Sequence record: DRR378314_160
Length of the DNA: 61,225 nt
Reading direction: 5' to 3' (one strand)
This document shows positions 19,914-31,179 of the stretch, piece by piece. Position 1 is the stretch's first letter. Each line of letters starts with the position of its first letter. The notes under the pieces are model-generated. The model did no database searches. It was not told where the DNA came from and saw only the letters and a list, made by a program, of their open reading frames with translations. Both the position numbers and the translations under genes were made by a program.

Positions 19914-21824
19914 TCAACGCCCCCGCAGGAACAGCTTGTCCAGTTCGGCCAGCGTGACCACGGTCCAGGTCGGCCGGCCGTGATTGCACTGGCCACTGCG
20001 CTCGGTAGCCTCCATATCCCGCAACAGGGTGTTCATTTCCGGAATAGTCAGTTGCCGATTGGCACGCACGGACCCGTGACACGCCATGGTACCAAGCAGC
20101 TCATGGGTCACTGCCTCCACTCGGTCGCTCTCGCCATTCTCAATCAGGTCAGACAATACGTCCCGCACCAACTGTTCAGTGTCTGCGCCCCGCAACAGAG
20201 CCGGCACCTGCCTGACGGCAAGGGTTTCAGGACCTATGCGTTCCACTCTCAACCCCAATTGAAGGAGCTCTTCACCATGCGTTTCCGCCAACGCCGCCTC
20301 TTTCTGACTGACCGCCAGAGAAACCGGCACAAGAAGCGGCTGGCTCTTCAGATCCTGAGCATCCAGAGCGCGCTTCATGCGTTCATAGGTGATGCGCTCA
20401 TGGGCGGCGTGCATATCCACCACGATCATGCCCTGACGACTCTGGGCAAGAATGTAAATACCATGCAGCTGGGCGATGGCGTAGCCAAGAGGCGGCTCAT
20501 CACTGGTGCCATCCTGGGGCGGAGTCGGGGCCGCAACCGTCAGGTCGCCTGTTTCGGCTATTGCCGGTTGCGCCCCGGTTCCGCCTCCTTCGTTCAGGGA
20601 CTGGTAGAACGCCATCTGGTCCCGAGCCTGCCATTCGTGCTGAGGAGGGCGAGACGCTCCGGCAACGTCGGAATGTGGCTGGCTGCCAGAACTGGCAAAT
20701 GGGTCCTGTGTCGACTGATGATGAACACCGGGCATGGCAGCCTGGACACCAAAACCGCCGGATGCCGTACCCGTTTCGCGACCATGGGACTGAGCCAGAG
20801 CCCCCCTGAGGTGGTCATCGGGGCGCACGTCCGCCAGCGCCTTGTGAAGCGTCCGGAAAATGAAATCGTGAACCAGGCGCCCATCGCGGAAACGAACTTC
20901 ATGCTTGGTGGGATGAACATTCACGTCCACGTTCGCTGGATCAACCTCCAGGTACAACACGAACGCCGGGTGACGATTGTTGTAAAGCACATCCCGGTAG
21001 GCCTGGCGTACAGCATGAGCCACCAGTCGGTCGCGGATCACCCGCCCATTGACGAAAAAGTACTGTAAATCCGCCTGACTACGGGAAAAAGTAGGCAAGG
21101 CGACCCAACCCCAGAGCTTCAGCCCCGTGGCTTCGGCGTCAATCACCACGGCATTGTCGATAAACTGCTGACCGCAGAGCGATCCGATTCGCCGCTCCCG
21201 GTCCAGCGGGTTCTCCGCTGGCCGCAGGCTTTGGACCACACGCTGGTTATGCCGGAGGGTGAACCCGGTATCAAACCGGCTCAGGGCCTGTCGACGAATG
21301 CATTCCTCGACATGGTTGAATTCGGTTTTCTCAGTGCGGAGAAACTTGCGCCGGGCGGGCGTGTTGAAGAACAGGTCCCGGACTTCCACCGTCGTGCCAA
21401 CCGGGTGGGCAGCCGGGGAAATGCTGGCGTCCATGTCGCGCCCCTCCACTTCCACCCTGGAGGCCGCCTCCTGGTTCTCTGTGCGTGAGGTCAGCGCCAG
21501 CCTGGAAACCGAACTGATACTGGCCAGGGCCTCGCCCCGGAAGCCAAGGGAAGCCACCGCTTCAAGGTCTTCAAGATTTTCAATCTTGCTGGTGGCATGG
21601 CGGCTGAGCGCAAGGGGCAGGTCTGTCTCGTCAATGCCCACGCCGTCGTCGCGGACCCGTATCAGCTTTACCCCTCCCTGCTCCACCTCGATGTCGACCC
21701 GGCGGGCGCCGGCGTCAAGCGCGTTTTCTACCAGTTCCTTTACGACCGAAGCCGGGCGCTCAACCACCTCACCGGCAGCGATCTGGTTTGCCAGGCGGGG
21801 CGTCAGTAATCGAATGGAGGGCAT
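19914..21824 (-). CDS. mutL: DNA mismatch repair endonuclease MutL
   Basis: [30 protein letters not shown], endonuclease motifs [15 protein letters not shown] and CNHGRP. Confidence 0.99.
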   Translation of the reverse strand: MPSIRLLTPRLANQIAAGEVVERPASVVKELVENALDAGARRVDIEVEQGGVKLIRVRDDGVGIDETDLPLALSRHATSKIENLEDLEAVASLGFRGEALASISSVSRLALTSRTENQEAASRVEVEGRDMDASISPAAHPVGTTVEVRDLFFNTPARRKFLRTEKTEFNHVEECIRRQALSRFDTGFTLRHNQRVVQSLRPAENPLDRERRIGSLCGQQFIDNAVVIDAEATGLKLWGWVALPTFSRSQADLQYFFVNGRVIRDRLVAHAVRQAYRDVLYNNRHPAFVLYLEVDPANVDVNVHPTKHEVRFRDGRLVHDFIFRTLHKALADVRPDDHLRGALAQSHGRETGTASGGFGVQAAMPGVHHQSTQDPFASSGSQPHSDVAGASRPPQHEWQARDQMAFYQSLNEGGGTGAQPAIAETGDLTVAAPTPPQDGTSDEPPLGYAIAQLHGIYILAQSRQGMIVVDMHAAHERITYERMKRALDAQDLKSQPLLVPVSLAVSQKEAALAETHGEELLQLGLRVERIGPETLAVRQVPALLRGADTEQLVRDVLSDLIENGESDRVEAVTHELLGTMACHGSVRANRQLTIPEMNTLLRDMEATERSGQCNHGRPTWTVVTLAELDKLFLRGR

Positions 21825-21843
21825 GTTACCAGGGGACCTCGTG

Positions 21844-23202
21844 TCAGGATGCGGGAATACGAATGGTTTGCCCTACCATAACACGGTCATCATTGAGGCC
21901 GTTATACTGCATCAGTTCGCTGACGGTTGTCTGATTCTCGCGAGCGACGCCCGAGAGCGTATCGCCCCGGCGAATCCGGTACTGACTGACGCTGCCATCA
22001 CCGCGACTGTTCTGCTTCTGCCAGGCCAACAACGTGCCCGGCGGCGGCGTTTTCTGGAAGTAATCGTCAATGCCTTTGAAGACTGCCTGGGACAGTCTTT
22101 CGCGATACCACGAACTGGAGAGGTTCTGCTCCTCCTTCGGATTCGATATAAACCCAGCCTCCACCAGGACCGAAGGAATATCGGGGGATTTGAGTACCGC
22201 AAACGCGGCCTGCTCAACGCCTTTCTTATGGAGTTCAGCGACGTTGCCAAGCCGGCCGAGGATGGAATCCCCGACCCCCAGGCTGGAATTGATGCTGGCA
22301 GTCATGGACAGATCCAGCAGCACACCAGCCAGCATGTCATCACGACCGTCGAGGGACACGCCACCGGCACCCCCAATCAGGTCGGAGCGATTCTCGGTCT
22401 TCGCCAGCCAACGAGCGGTTTCACTGGTCGCACCCCGCTGCGACAACGCAAACACCGAAGCGCCACGGGGCTGCGGCGTGCGGAACGCGTCCGCATGAAC
22501 AGATACGAACAGGTCGGCATTGTGCTTTCTGGCCAGCAACGTGCGGCTGCGCAGATCGATGTAGTAGTCGCCGGTACGAGTGAGCTTGGCGGTATAACCC
22601 GGCTTGGCATCAATCAGTTCCGCCAGGGTTTTCGACATCCGCAGCACCACATCTTTCTCTCGGGTACCACGGGGGCCAATGGCCCCTGGATCCTCTCCAC
22701 CGTGGCCGGCATCAACCACAACGATGATGTCCCGCTTGCCGTTGGTGTTCTCGGTAACGGTTGGTTCCGAGGGCTTTCGCGCCTTGAGGCCACCTTCGTC
22801 AATCAGATCCACAACCAGCCGATGGCCATACTGCTGGTTTGGCTCAAGCTGGAAGCTGCGGGGCTTGATATCGCTTTTGAGGTCCAGCACCACCCGCAGG
22901 TCATTCCCATTGCGGGGTGCACTGCGAATGCGGCGTACAGGGCTGCCGGAGAGATCGAGTTTGTCGAAATCCGTCTTCAGGGAGGTGTTCTCAAGGTCAA
23001 TGACCAGACGCGCGGGCCCGGACAACGCAAATACCTTGTGATCGATTTTACCGGCAACGTCCAGCACCAGCCGGGTATGATCCGGCGCGGGCCAGATCCT
23101 CACTCCCTCCACATTAACGCCCGCCATGGTTGCCACGGGATACAGCAGCATCCACATCAGACTACCGGCCAGGCACCCTCTGAAGAACATTCTTGCCATC
23201 AT
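21844..23202 (-). CDS. amiB: N-acetylmuramoyl-L-alanine amidase (AMIN + Amidase_3 + LysM)
   Basis: [41 protein letters not shown]-terminal LysM; synteny. Start approximate. Confidence 0.92.
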   Translation of the reverse strand: MMARMFFRGCLAGSLMWMLLYPVATMAGVNVEGVRIWPAPDHTRLVLDVAGKIDHKVFALSGPARLVIDLENTSLKTDFDKLDLSGSPVRRIRSAPRNGNDLRVVLDLKSDIKPRSFQLEPNQQYGHRLVVDLIDEGGLKARKPSEPTVTENTNGKRDIIVVVDAGHGGEDPGAIGPRGTREKDVVLRMSKTLAELIDAKPGYTAKLTRTGDYYIDLRSRTLLARKHNADLFVSVHADAFRTPQPRGASVFALSQRGATSETARWLAKTENRSDLIGGAGGVSLDGRDDMLAGVLLDLSMTASINSSLGVGDSILGRLGNVAELHKKGVEQAAFAVLKSPDIPSVLVEAGFISNPKEEQNLSSSWYRERLSQAVFKGIDDYFQKTPPPGTLLAWQKQNSRGDGSVSQYRIRRGDTLSGVARENQTTVSELMQYNGLNDDRVMVGQTIRIPAS

Positions 23203-23233
23203 TTTCCTGCCCACCTGCACTGATCGCACATAA

Positions 23234-23743
23234 TTAACCTTGATGATTCGACAACGGCATCGCGGCAAGCCGGGCTTGCAGCTCCACGCCCTTGGCGGTT
23301 GCCGCCGAGACAAGCGCATTGCGCCCCTCGCCGTTGACGTTTAACCGTATCCACAGGTCAGGAACCGGAAGAATTCCCTGACCGCGCTCGGGCCATTCAA
23401 TCAGACAAAGATTGTGGCCCTGAAAGTAATCACGTATACCCATGTATTCCAGCTCTTCCGGGTCACCCAACCTGTACAGGTCAAAGTGATAAGCGGGAGG
23501 CGCGAGATGCTCATACGGCTCCACAATGGTGTACGTCGGGCTTTTAACGGCGCCCTCGTGTCCAAGCCCCCGCATGACTCCGCGACTCAGCGTCGTCTTA
23601 CCCGTACCCAGGTTGCCCTCAAGAAACACCGTGGCACCGCCACCCTGCTCAACCACAAGGGCCGCAAGCGTCTTGCCAAGGATTTCCGTGGCCGCTTCAT
23701 TTTCCAGAAACAGGGTGATGTCCTTCGCCGTCACGTCCATCAC
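23234..23743 (-). CDS. tsaE: tRNA threonylcarbamoyladenosine biosynthesis ATPase
   Basis: GNLGTGKT, VKSPTYT, HFDLYRL, IEWPE; start is GTG 23743 or ATG 23740. Confidence 0.96.
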   Translation of the reverse strand: MMDVTAKDITLFLENEAATEILGKTLAALVVEQGGGATVFLEGNLGTGKTTLSRGVMRGLGHEGAVKSPTYTIVEPYEHLAPPAYHFDLYRLGDPEELEYMGIRDYFQGHNLCLIEWPERGQGILPVPDLWIRLNVNGEGRNALVSAATAKGVELQARLAAMPLSNHQG

Positions 23744-25302
23744 GCCTCCCTGCCGGCGGCCAATAACGGCCTGTGCTCTGTTTCGGCAAGTACGCCTGAC
23801 AGGGCCTCAATAACATCCATTGGCAGCAGCCCCATGTAGCCACGCACGTCTGACGCCTGATCAGCTGCCGCCAAATGCAAGGCAGCTCCGATTGACGCCG
23901 CCAGGTGAGCATCCCCCAACTGGGCATACAGGCTGCCCAATACTCCTGAGAGCACGTCTCCCATGCCCCCGGTGGCCATGCCGGGATTACTGCCGCTGAC
24001 GACGTCGGGCAATACGCCCGCCGACGCAACGACGGTCCCGGCGCCTTTGAGCAACGCCACACCGCCGAACAGCCGGCAGATACGATCCGCCGCGCGGACC
24101 CTGTCCTCTTCGATCTCGGCCACATCGCACTCCAACAACCTTGCGGCTTCACCAGGGTGAGGTGTAAGAATGTGGTTATCCGCCGGCTGAGCCACCCGTG
24201 ACGCCATCAGGTTCAGGGCATCAGCATCCAGCACACGCGGTTTGCCACTGGCAACGACCTGTTGAAGCATTTGCTGCCCCCAGGCCCCGCGGCCAATACC
24301 AGGACCACACACGATGACATCGGCGGCGCTGATCAGAGGCGGCAGCTCAGAGCCATGAATCAGGCCCTGGACCATCACGGATGGACAGCGGGCCAACGCC
24401 GGCGCCATATGCTCCGGCCGTGTAGCCAGGGTTACCAGCCCAGCACCCGTCCTGGCAGCAGCCTCAGCGGCCAGCATGCCCGCACCACCAAAACCGCGGT
24501 CGCCGGCAACCACTAACACGTGGCCAAAACGCCCTTTGTGCGCAACCCGAGGGCGCCTTGGCAGCGTGCCCCTGATGGTGGGCCAACTGACCCGGCGTGC
24601 TCTGGGCTGCTGACCACTCTCTGATGCCCAGTCATCGGTATCGAGGGACTCAAACAGTATGTGCCCCGCGCACTCGGGTCCCTGCCCGGTATACAAGCCG
24701 GCTTTAAGTCCGATAAAGGTGACCGTGGCATCGGCCTGGATAGCCTCACCGGCCACCGCGCCCGTGGTCGCGTTCAACCCCGAGGGCAAATCGATGGCAA
24801 ACACGGGCGCGGCTGCCTTGTTACATGCGCCGATCATCTCCGCAAAGGGCGCCCTGGGCGCGCCTGTCACGCCGGTCCCCAGCATGGCGTCCACCACTAA
24901 CCCGGCGCTGGCAATGTCCCGACGGGCCTCGTCGGCACCAATATCCGCCAACGCCCGCACATTCACCCCATCGGCTACGGACTTTTGCCAGGCCTTGCGG
25001 GCATCGCCCGACAGCTTCTCTGTCGGTGCGACGGCAATACAACCCACCTCCAAACCATGACGCACGGCGTTGGCAGCCACCAGATAACCGTCACCACCAT
25101 TGTTTCCGGCGCCACACAGCACCAGCACCCTGCCCGGCTCCGGCCAGTTGCTTACCAGCCGGCGAAACGCGCCAGCGGCCGCAGCCTGCATCAGGTCGAA
25201 CCCGTCTACCCCTTGCTGATCAATCACATAGCGATCAATCTCTCTCACCGCATCGGCGGAGTAGAGGTCTTCTGGTAAACTAGAACCACCAGACAGGGGC
25301 AT
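23740..25302 (-). CDS. nnr: Bifunctional NAD(P)H-hydrate epimerase/dehydratase
   Basis: GNNGGDG, DLPSG, HKG..G, DADALN, LTPHPGEAARL, GGMGDVLSG. Confidence 0.96.
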   Translation of the reverse strand: MPLSGGSSLPEDLYSADAVREIDRYVIDQQGVDGFDLMQAAAAGAFRRLVSNWPEPGRVLVLCGAGNNGGDGYLVAANAVRHGLEVGCIAVAPTEKLSGDARKAWQKSVADGVNVRALADIGADEARRDIASAGLVVDAMLGTGVTGAPRAPFAEMIGACNKAAAPVFAIDLPSGLNATTGAVAGEAIQADATVTFIGLKAGLYTGQGPECAGHILFESLDTDDWASESGQQPRARRVSWPTIRGTLPRRPRVAHKGRFGHVLVVAGDRGFGGAGMLAAEAAARTGAGLVTLATRPEHMAPALARCPSVMVQGLIHGSELPPLISAADVIVCGPGIGRGAWGQQMLQQVVASGKPRVLDADALNLMASRVAQPADNHILTPHPGEAARLLECDVAEIEEDRVRAADRICRLFGGVALLKGAGTVVASAGVLPDVVSGSNPGMATGGMGDVLSGVLGSLYAQLGDAHLAASIGAALHLAAADQASDVRGYMGLLPMDVIEALSGVLAETEHRPLLAAGREA

Positions 25303-25457
25303 GAAAGTCGGCTCCCGCTAAAGAATTCGGATTAAGAAAAACGGCCAGATACCTGTAAAGAATAGCAAAACAGTGGAAAAGGTCATAACTTAATCAAATT
25401 AAACTTCGTTACCGTTCGCGCCACCGGGAAAACCGGTCGCCACTCGACTGGCATTTC

Positions 25458-26522
25458 ATGACCGAACCGACTGACCACAAGCTCAATGATCTGCCCGGAC
25501 GGATACGATCCTGGGCCCGGGAACTGGGTTTCAGTGACGCCGGCATAACCCTCCCGGACACCGGCATTCACGGCGCGCGCCTGAAGGAATGGCTGCACAA
25601 GGGTTTCCACGGCGAGATGTCGTACATGGAAGACCATGGCGATAAACGCTACACCCCCACCTCGCTGGTGGAGGGGACGCAAAGGGTCATTTCTGTACGA
25701 CTGGACTACCTGCCCGCTCCCGACAGCCCGGGGCGAATACTCACTAACCCGGAGAAGGCCTACGTCACCCGCTATGCCACCGGGCGCGACTATCACAAGC
25801 TAATGCGCAAACGGCTGGCAACGCTGGCGAAGCGCATCGACGAGGCCGTATCCGGCTACGATTACAGAGCGTTTGTGGACAGCGCTCCCGTACTGGAGAG
25901 GGCGCTGGCCCAGCGTGCGGGTTTGGGCTGGATTGGCAAGAACAACATGTTGATTCACCCGAAAGCGGGTTCGTTCTTCTTCCTTGGAGAGATCTTTACC
26001 AGCGCACCCTTACCGCTGGACGAACCTTTTGAGAAGGAACATTGCGGTAGCTGCGCCGCATGCCTGGACATCTGCCCGACGGACGCCTTTGAAGGCCCCC
26101 ACAAACTCGATGCCCGTAAATGCATCAGCTACCTCACCATCGAACTGAAGGGCAGCATTCCGGAAGAACTGCGCTCCAAAATGGGCAATCGCGTGTTCGG
26201 CTGTGACGACTGCCAACTGGTGTGCCCCTGGAACAAATTCAGCAAGCCAACGGCGGAAAAGGATTTCCAGCCCCGCCATGGCCTGGACAACAGCGAACTG
26301 GCCACCCTGTTCCTGTGGACCGAGGAAGAATTCCTCAAACGCACCGAAGGCTCCGCCATCCGCCGCACCGGTTACGAGGGCTGGCTAAGGAACCTGGCGG
26401 TGGGCCTTGGCAATGCGCCTTCAACCATCCCGGTGATTGAGGCCCTCAAACAGCGGGCCGACTTTCCTTCAGAGATGGTTCGGGAGCATGTGCACTGGGC
26501 CCTTCGCAGGCACGGCCTATAG
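25458..26522 (+). CDS. queG: tRNA epoxyqueuosine reductase
   Basis: RYATGRDYH, FVDSAPVLE, CGSCAACLDICPT, GCDDCQLVCPWN. Confidence 0.97.
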   Translation: MTEPTDHKLNDLPGRIRSWARELGFSDAGITLPDTGIHGARLKEWLHKGFHGEMSYMEDHGDKRYTPTSLVEGTQRVISVRLDYLPAPDSPGRILTNPEKAYVTRYATGRDYHKLMRKRLATLAKRIDEAVSGYDYRAFVDSAPVLERALAQRAGLGWIGKNNMLIHPKAGSFFFLGEIFTSAPLPLDEPFEKEHCGSCAACLDICPTDAFEGPHKLDARKCISYLTIELKGSIPEELRSKMGNRVFGCDDCQLVCPWNKFSKPTAEKDFQPRHGLDNSELATLFLWTEEEFLKRTEGSAIRRTGYEGWLRNLAVGLGNAPSTIPVIEALKQRADFPSEMVREHVHWALRRHGL

Positions 26523-26539
26523 CTTGAAAGCGCCGCAGC

Positions 26540-27082
26540 CTACAGTTGGAAAAAGTGTTCCCGATAATGGCGCAGCTCCTCTATGGAGTCGCGGATGTCG
26601 TCCAACGCCAGGTGACTGCCTTTCTTTTTCACCCCATCCAGTACATCGGGCCGCCAACGCCGGGCCAGCTCTTTGATCGTACTCACGTCCAGGTTACGGT
26701 AGTGGAAGAACGCTTCCAGTTCAGGCATGTATTTCACCAGAAAGCGACGATCCTGGCCGATGCTGTTGCCGCACAATGGTGACTGGCCCGGCTCCAGATA
26801 CCGCTGCAGGAATTCCAGGGTTTTCTGTTCGGCGTCGATCTCACCGTACTTACTGTCTTTCACCCGCTGGGTCAGCCCGCTGTTGCCATGGGTCCGCGTA
26901 CACCATTCATCCATTTCGCTGAGCAGCTTATCGGACTGGTGTACTGCGATCACCGGCCCTTCTTCGATCGTATTCAGATCAGAATCGGTGACGATAGTCG
27001 CGATTTCAATGATCCGTTCTTTTTCCGGATCCAGGCCCGTCATTTCCAGGTCAATCCAGACGAGATAGTTGGCTTCTGGCAT
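26540..27082 (-). CDS. orn: Oligoribonuclease
   Basis: [39 protein letters not shown]. Confidence 0.98.
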   Translation of the reverse strand: MPEANYLVWIDLEMTGLDPEKERIIEIATIVTDSDLNTIEEGPVIAVHQSDKLLSEMDEWCTRTHGNSGLTQRVKDSKYGEIDAEQKTLEFLQRYLEPGQSPLCGNSIGQDRRFLVKYMPELEAFFHYRNLDVSTIKELARRWRPDVLDGVKKKGSHLALDDIRDSIEELRHYREHFFQL

Positions 27083-27214
27083 TCATTGGTCTCCAGCGGT
27101 TAACTCATGATTCGGGCAACGACCGTTGCTGCACATAGTCTGCCTATTGTGGATGAATCACGTATGATGTTACAGCAATCACCATTTCCCAGCAGGAATT
27201 AACCGACCCACGAT

Positions 27215-28270
27215 ATGGCTAAACGTCGACTTAACAAGCAGCAGCAATGGCGCATCAAGAAAATTCAGCAGGAGCGGGCTGCACGGGCGGCGAAGAAAGA
27301 AGAATCCATTACCGAAAAGCTGGACGCGGGCGACCTGGGGCCAGAACAGCAGGGGCTCGTTATTGCCCACTACGGACAGCAACTGGACGTGGAAGCCCTT
27401 GAGGGGGAAGACACTGGCAAGGTGTTGCGCTGTTTCGTTCGCGCCAACATCGATAGCCTGGTAACGGGCGACAAGGTGATCTGGCGCCCTGGCAGCGACA
27501 ATACCGGCGTCATCGTGGCGCGCTGTGACCGTCATACCCTGCTGCAACGCCCCGACAACTTTGGCGCACTCAAACCCGTCGCGGCCAACATCGACTACAT
27601 CATTCTGGTGATCGCCCCCGAGCCAGAACCCCACGACAACCTGATCGATCGTTACCTGGTGGCGGCAGAGAGCACGGACATTCCGGTCATTATTCTGCTC
27701 AACAAGACCGACCTGGTTACCGACCGGAATCGGGAAGCGATCGACCATCTGCTGGCTCGCTACGAGAAACTCGGGTACCGAATAGAACGCACCTCCGCCA
27801 AAACCCTTGAGGGCGAGCAGGCGGTGAGGGTTGAAGACCTGGTAAAAGGCCAGACCAGCGTATTCGTGGGTCAATCAGGAGTTGGCAAGTCGTCCATCAT
27901 CCAGACACTGCTGCCGGAGGCGTCAATCAGGGTAGGAGCAGTATCGGAAAGTACCGGGAAAGGCGTTCACACCACCACAACCGCAAAGCTTTTTCACCTC
28001 AACTGCGGGGGCGATCTCATCGACTCGCCGGGCATCCGGGAGTTTGGCCTGTGGCACATGACACCTCAGGAGATCGAGTACGGCTTCCGGGAGATCCGGG
28101 ATCTGATCGGTCACTGTAAGTTCCGCAACTGCAGTCACATGGGCGACCCAGGCTGCGCCATTGCGCAAGCCGCCGAGGATGGTCGTATCAGCCCGGAGCG
28201 CTTGAAAAGCTTCAACCGGATCCTGCAGGACATGGCGGAACAACAGTCACGAGGCCTGAAGGTCGATTAA
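27215..28270 (+). CDS. rsgA: Small ribosomal subunit biogenesis GTPase
   Basis: NKTD, GQSGVGKSS, GVHTTT, DSPG, CKFRNCSH..DPGC. Confidence 0.97.
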   Translation: MAKRRLNKQQQWRIKKIQQERAARAAKKEESITEKLDAGDLGPEQQGLVIAHYGQQLDVEALEGEDTGKVLRCFVRANIDSLVTGDKVIWRPGSDNTGVIVARCDRHTLLQRPDNFGALKPVAANIDYIILVIAPEPEPHDNLIDRYLVAAESTDIPVIILLNKTDLVTDRNREAIDHLLARYEKLGYRIERTSAKTLEGEQAVRVEDLVKGQTSVFVGQSGVGKSSIIQTLLPEASIRVGAVSESTGKGVHTTTTAKLFHLNCGGDLIDSPGIREFGLWHMTPQEIEYGFREIRDLIGHCKFRNCSHMGDPGCAIAQAAEDGRISPERLKSFNRILQDMAEQQSRGLKVD

Positions 28271-28275
28271 ACGGC

Positions 28276-29235
28276 TTACCAGTTCAGCTCTCCGGGTTTC
28301 GGCGCCTCCTTCTCTTCCGCCCAGGTGCCCTCCTCCAGACGCTCCATTGCTTCCTGCTGCTCTTCTTCAGAGGGGGCAGTCAGGTCAATCAACGGCTCAC
28401 CCGATCGGCTCGCATTGCTCTGAATGCCAGCCGCCGTCTTTTTGTTCAACACGATAATAGCAATACGGCGGTTAACCGGCGCCTGAGGATCGTCCTGATC
28501 AAACAGCACGGAATCGCTCAGACCCACCACCCGACCAATCTGATCCTGCCCAACACCACCCGCGACGAGCGCCCGACGGGCGGTGTTGGCGCGGTCCGCA
28601 GACAGCTCCCAGTTGGTGTATCCCGGGCGGCCGCTAAACGGCGTGGAATCAGTATGTCCGGTAATGCTCAGCTTGTTATTGACGGTGCCGAGTGTCTTGG
28701 CAAGTTCGAACAGAATATCTTGAGAATAGTACTTGAGCTCGGCTCTGCCACTATCAAACATTGGGCGCTGTGAGCGGTCGACGATCTGAATGCGCAGCCC
28801 CTCACTGGTGATGTCGATCAGCAGCTGGTCCTTGAACTCCTGGAGAGTTTCGTTCTGCTCGATACGCTCTTTCAGATCCTGAAACAACTCTTCCATCTTC
28901 TGCTGTTCCAGGGTCTGAGCCAGCTCCTCGACCACCTGATCCTCGATCTGAATGTCACTACGCTCAATATCTTCACTGCTTTCGTTGATGACCGAGGCGC
29001 TTCCCTCAAGATCCACGGGATTGGGAGACCCACCCTCGGTAAATCCCACCGGGTCCTTGAAGTAGCCCTCAACGGCGCGAATCTGTTCCGGAGACGCCGT
29101 CGCGGTGAGCCAGAGCACGAGGAAAAACGCCATCATGGCGGTGGCAAAATCAGCGAAGGCAACTTTCCAGGACCCACCATGGTGGCCGGCCGCAACCTTC
29201 TTTTTCCGTTTTACAATGATGGGTTGTTCTTCCAA
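28276..29235 (-). CDS. motB: Flagellar stator protein MotB
   Basis: WKVAFADFATAMMAFF (conserved Asp), GHTD, NWELSADRA, NRRI; TTG start. Confidence 0.95.
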   Translation of the reverse strand: MEEQPIIVKRKKKVAAGHHGGSWKVAFADFATAMMAFFLVLWLTATASPEQIRAVEGYFKDPVGFTEGGSPNPVDLEGSASVINESSEDIERSDIQIEDQVVEELAQTLEQQKMEELFQDLKERIEQNETLQEFKDQLLIDITSEGLRIQIVDRSQRPMFDSGRAELKYYSQDILFELAKTLGTVNNKLSITGHTDSTPFSGRPGYTNWELSADRANTARRALVAGGVGQDQIGRVVGLSDSVLFDQDDPQAPVNRRIAIIVLNKKTAAGIQSNASRSGEPLIDLTAPSEEEQQEAMERLEEGTWAEEKEAPKPGELNW

Positions 29236-29264
29236 GAAACTGCTCCAGTCGACGCTTGCTCGGA

Positions 29265-30116
29265 CTATTTAGAACGCACGTGGTCGTTCAGTTCCTGGAA
29301 CCCCGGCCGCTTGTCCGAAGGCAGGGCTTTACGGCCAAACTCAATGGCCATCTGTGGTGCCTGGCCCGAGACAGTGGCAACGATCGCGGACTTGACACAC
29401 TCATAGGCCTTGAGCTCGTATCGGGCCGAGTGTTCCATGGCAATCGAGGTTGGCCCTACAAAGCCATACCCCATCCAGATACCCAGAAAGGTGCCCACAA
29501 GGGCAGCCGCCACGCTCAAACCAATCCTCTCCGGCCCTTCGCTCAGAAAATTCATGGTAATCACAATACCGAGCACCGCGGCAACAATCCCCAGCCCCGG
29601 CAGCGCATCCGCTATCTTGTTCACAGCGTGGGCGGGCTCTTCCAGCTCATGTTGGCGGCTCTCAATCTCATTTTCCATCATACCTTCCAGCTCATGGGTG
29701 GCCATGTTGCCGGAACTGATGATTCGGAGGTAGTCGGTGATGAACGCAAGCAGATACTTGGATTTCATGATCGCCGGATAACGGCTGAAGATCTGACTGG
29801 ATTCCGGGTTATCGATGTCTTCCTCTATTGCCATGACACCTTGCTTGCGGGATTTGTCGAAGACCTCGTACATGAGGCTGAGCAGATCCATGTAGAACGA
29901 TTTGTTGTAGGGCGACCCGGTCAACTGATTCAGCACGCCGCGCCCCACTTCCTTGATGGTATGCAGCGGATTGGCAATGACGAATGAACCGACCGCAGCG
30001 CCGCCGATAATCAGGATTTCAGTTGGCTGCCACAACACCATAAGGTTGCCGCCATGCAGGACATACCCCCCGAGGACGCTGGCAATTACAACGACTGCAC
30101 CAATTATAAGTAGCAT
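29265..30116 (-). CDS. motA: Flagellar stator protein MotA (E. coli-type)
   Basis: WQPTE, LPGLGIVAAVLG, ALVGTFLG, EFGRK. Confidence 0.95.
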   Translation of the reverse strand: MLLIIGAVVVIASVLGGYVLHGGNLMVLWQPTEILIIGGAAVGSFVIANPLHTIKEVGRGVLNQLTGSPYNKSFYMDLLSLMYEVFDKSRKQGVMAIEEDIDNPESSQIFSRYPAIMKSKYLLAFITDYLRIISSGNMATHELEGMMENEIESRQHELEEPAHAVNKIADALPGLGIVAAVLGIVITMNFLSEGPERIGLSVAAALVGTFLGIWMGYGFVGPTSIAMEHSARYELKAYECVKSAIVATVSGQAPQMAIEFGRKALPSDKRPGFQELNDHVRSK

Positions 30117-30300
30117 GGATTGAGAACATACCTTCTGTGGTTATTGTCGGAAACGTGCGCATGAGCTGGCCAGACGCCACGAACCGGTTTGATCAGATAA
30201 TAGCAAGCACCGGTCGGAACCGCGAAGGTATGAAACAATTTCTATACAAGCCCCGCGATTTGGTAAACTTCGCGCCTTTGAGCGCAGAGGATCACTTTAA

Positions 30301-31179
30301 ATGTTCGACAAGCTTTTTGTAATGAGCCAGTACGTGACGCCGCAGCTGGCGGTTTCCCGCCTTGCGGGCCATCTGGCGAACAACGACCGCATGCCCGCGC
30401 TCAAGAACAGGGTCGTTAAATGGTTCATCGGCCGCTATGGCGTAAACATGAATGAAGCGCTTGAGCCTGACCCCACAGCCTACCCGAGCTTCAACGCTTT
30501 CTTCACCCGCGCCCTCAAGCCCGGCCTGCGGCCTGTGGATGAACGGGAAACCGCCATGGTCAGCCCCGTGGACGGTACTATCAGCCAACTGGGTCAGGTC
30601 AGCAACGACCGTATTTTCCAGGCCAAGGGTCAGTCCTTTAGCCTGAACGAGTTGCTCGGTGGCGATGAGGCGAGGACCAAGAGCTTTGTCGAAGGCGAGT
30701 TTGTCACTATTTATCTGTCCCCCAAAGACTACCACCGCATCCACATGCCACTGGCCGGCACGCTTCGAGAAATGGTGTACGTCCCGGGCAAGTTGTTTTC
30801 CGTCAACCCGACCACCGCAGAGAACGTGCCGAACCTGTTTGCCAGGAATGAGCGGGTTGCCTGTATTTTTGACACCCAAGCAGGCCCCATGGCGCTGGTT
30901 TCTGTCGGCGCCATGATCGTTGGCAGTGTTGAAACCACTTGGGCCGGCATCGTGGCACCCGGCAACAACGAGGTTTCCGTTTCCCGTTACGGCACACTGA
31001 AGACACCCATACACTTTGAAAAAGGCGAGGAAATGGGTCGATTCCGCCTTGGCTCTACCGTCATCATGGTGATGCCCAAGGGCTCGGTGAAATGGAATGC
31101 GGATCAGCTCGCGGGGGGCACCGTACGCATGGGGGAGGCCTTCGGCGAGATCAGCAACGGTCAGCCGGAAACGCCATAA
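30301..31179 (+). CDS. psd: Phosphatidylserine decarboxylase proenzyme
   Basis: FNAFFTR, SPVDG, YLSPKDYHR, NER, and the LGST self-cleavage motif. Confidence 0.96.
   Translation: MFDKLFVMSQYVTPQLAVSRLAGHLANNDRMPALKNRVVKWFIGRYGVNMNEALEPDPTAYPSFNAFFTRALKPGLRPVDERETAMVSPVDGTISQLGQVSNDRIFQAKGQSFSLNELLGGDEARTKSFVEGEFVTIYLSPKDYHRIHMPLAGTLREMVYVPGKLFSVNPTTAENVPNLFARNERVACIFDTQAGPMALVSVGAMIVGSVETTWAGIVAPGNNEVSVSRYGTLKTPIHFEKGEEMGRFRLGSTVIMVMPKGSVKWNADQLAGGTVRMGEAFGEISNGQPETP

Noticed and set aside
21259..23223. 654-aa plus-strand ORF, and other long antisense ORFs such as 14826-15926, 19821-21068, 40355-41260, 47247-48173 and 48784-49764
   Set aside because: They lie opposite well-conserved genes (amiB/mutL, hflC, parC, the permease, parE), have no recognisable motifs, and are expected from stop-poor antisense frames in GC-rich DNA.
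26523..26539. Possible tRNA-Gly cluster between queG and orn, as in E. coli
   Set aside because: The gap is only 17 nt, and I recognised no cloverleaf or T-loop motif here or elsewhere in the window.
30117..30200. Possible sigma28 promoter for motAB
   Set aside because: A TCCGACAA -10-like box is present on the minus strand, but there is no properly spaced -35 element.
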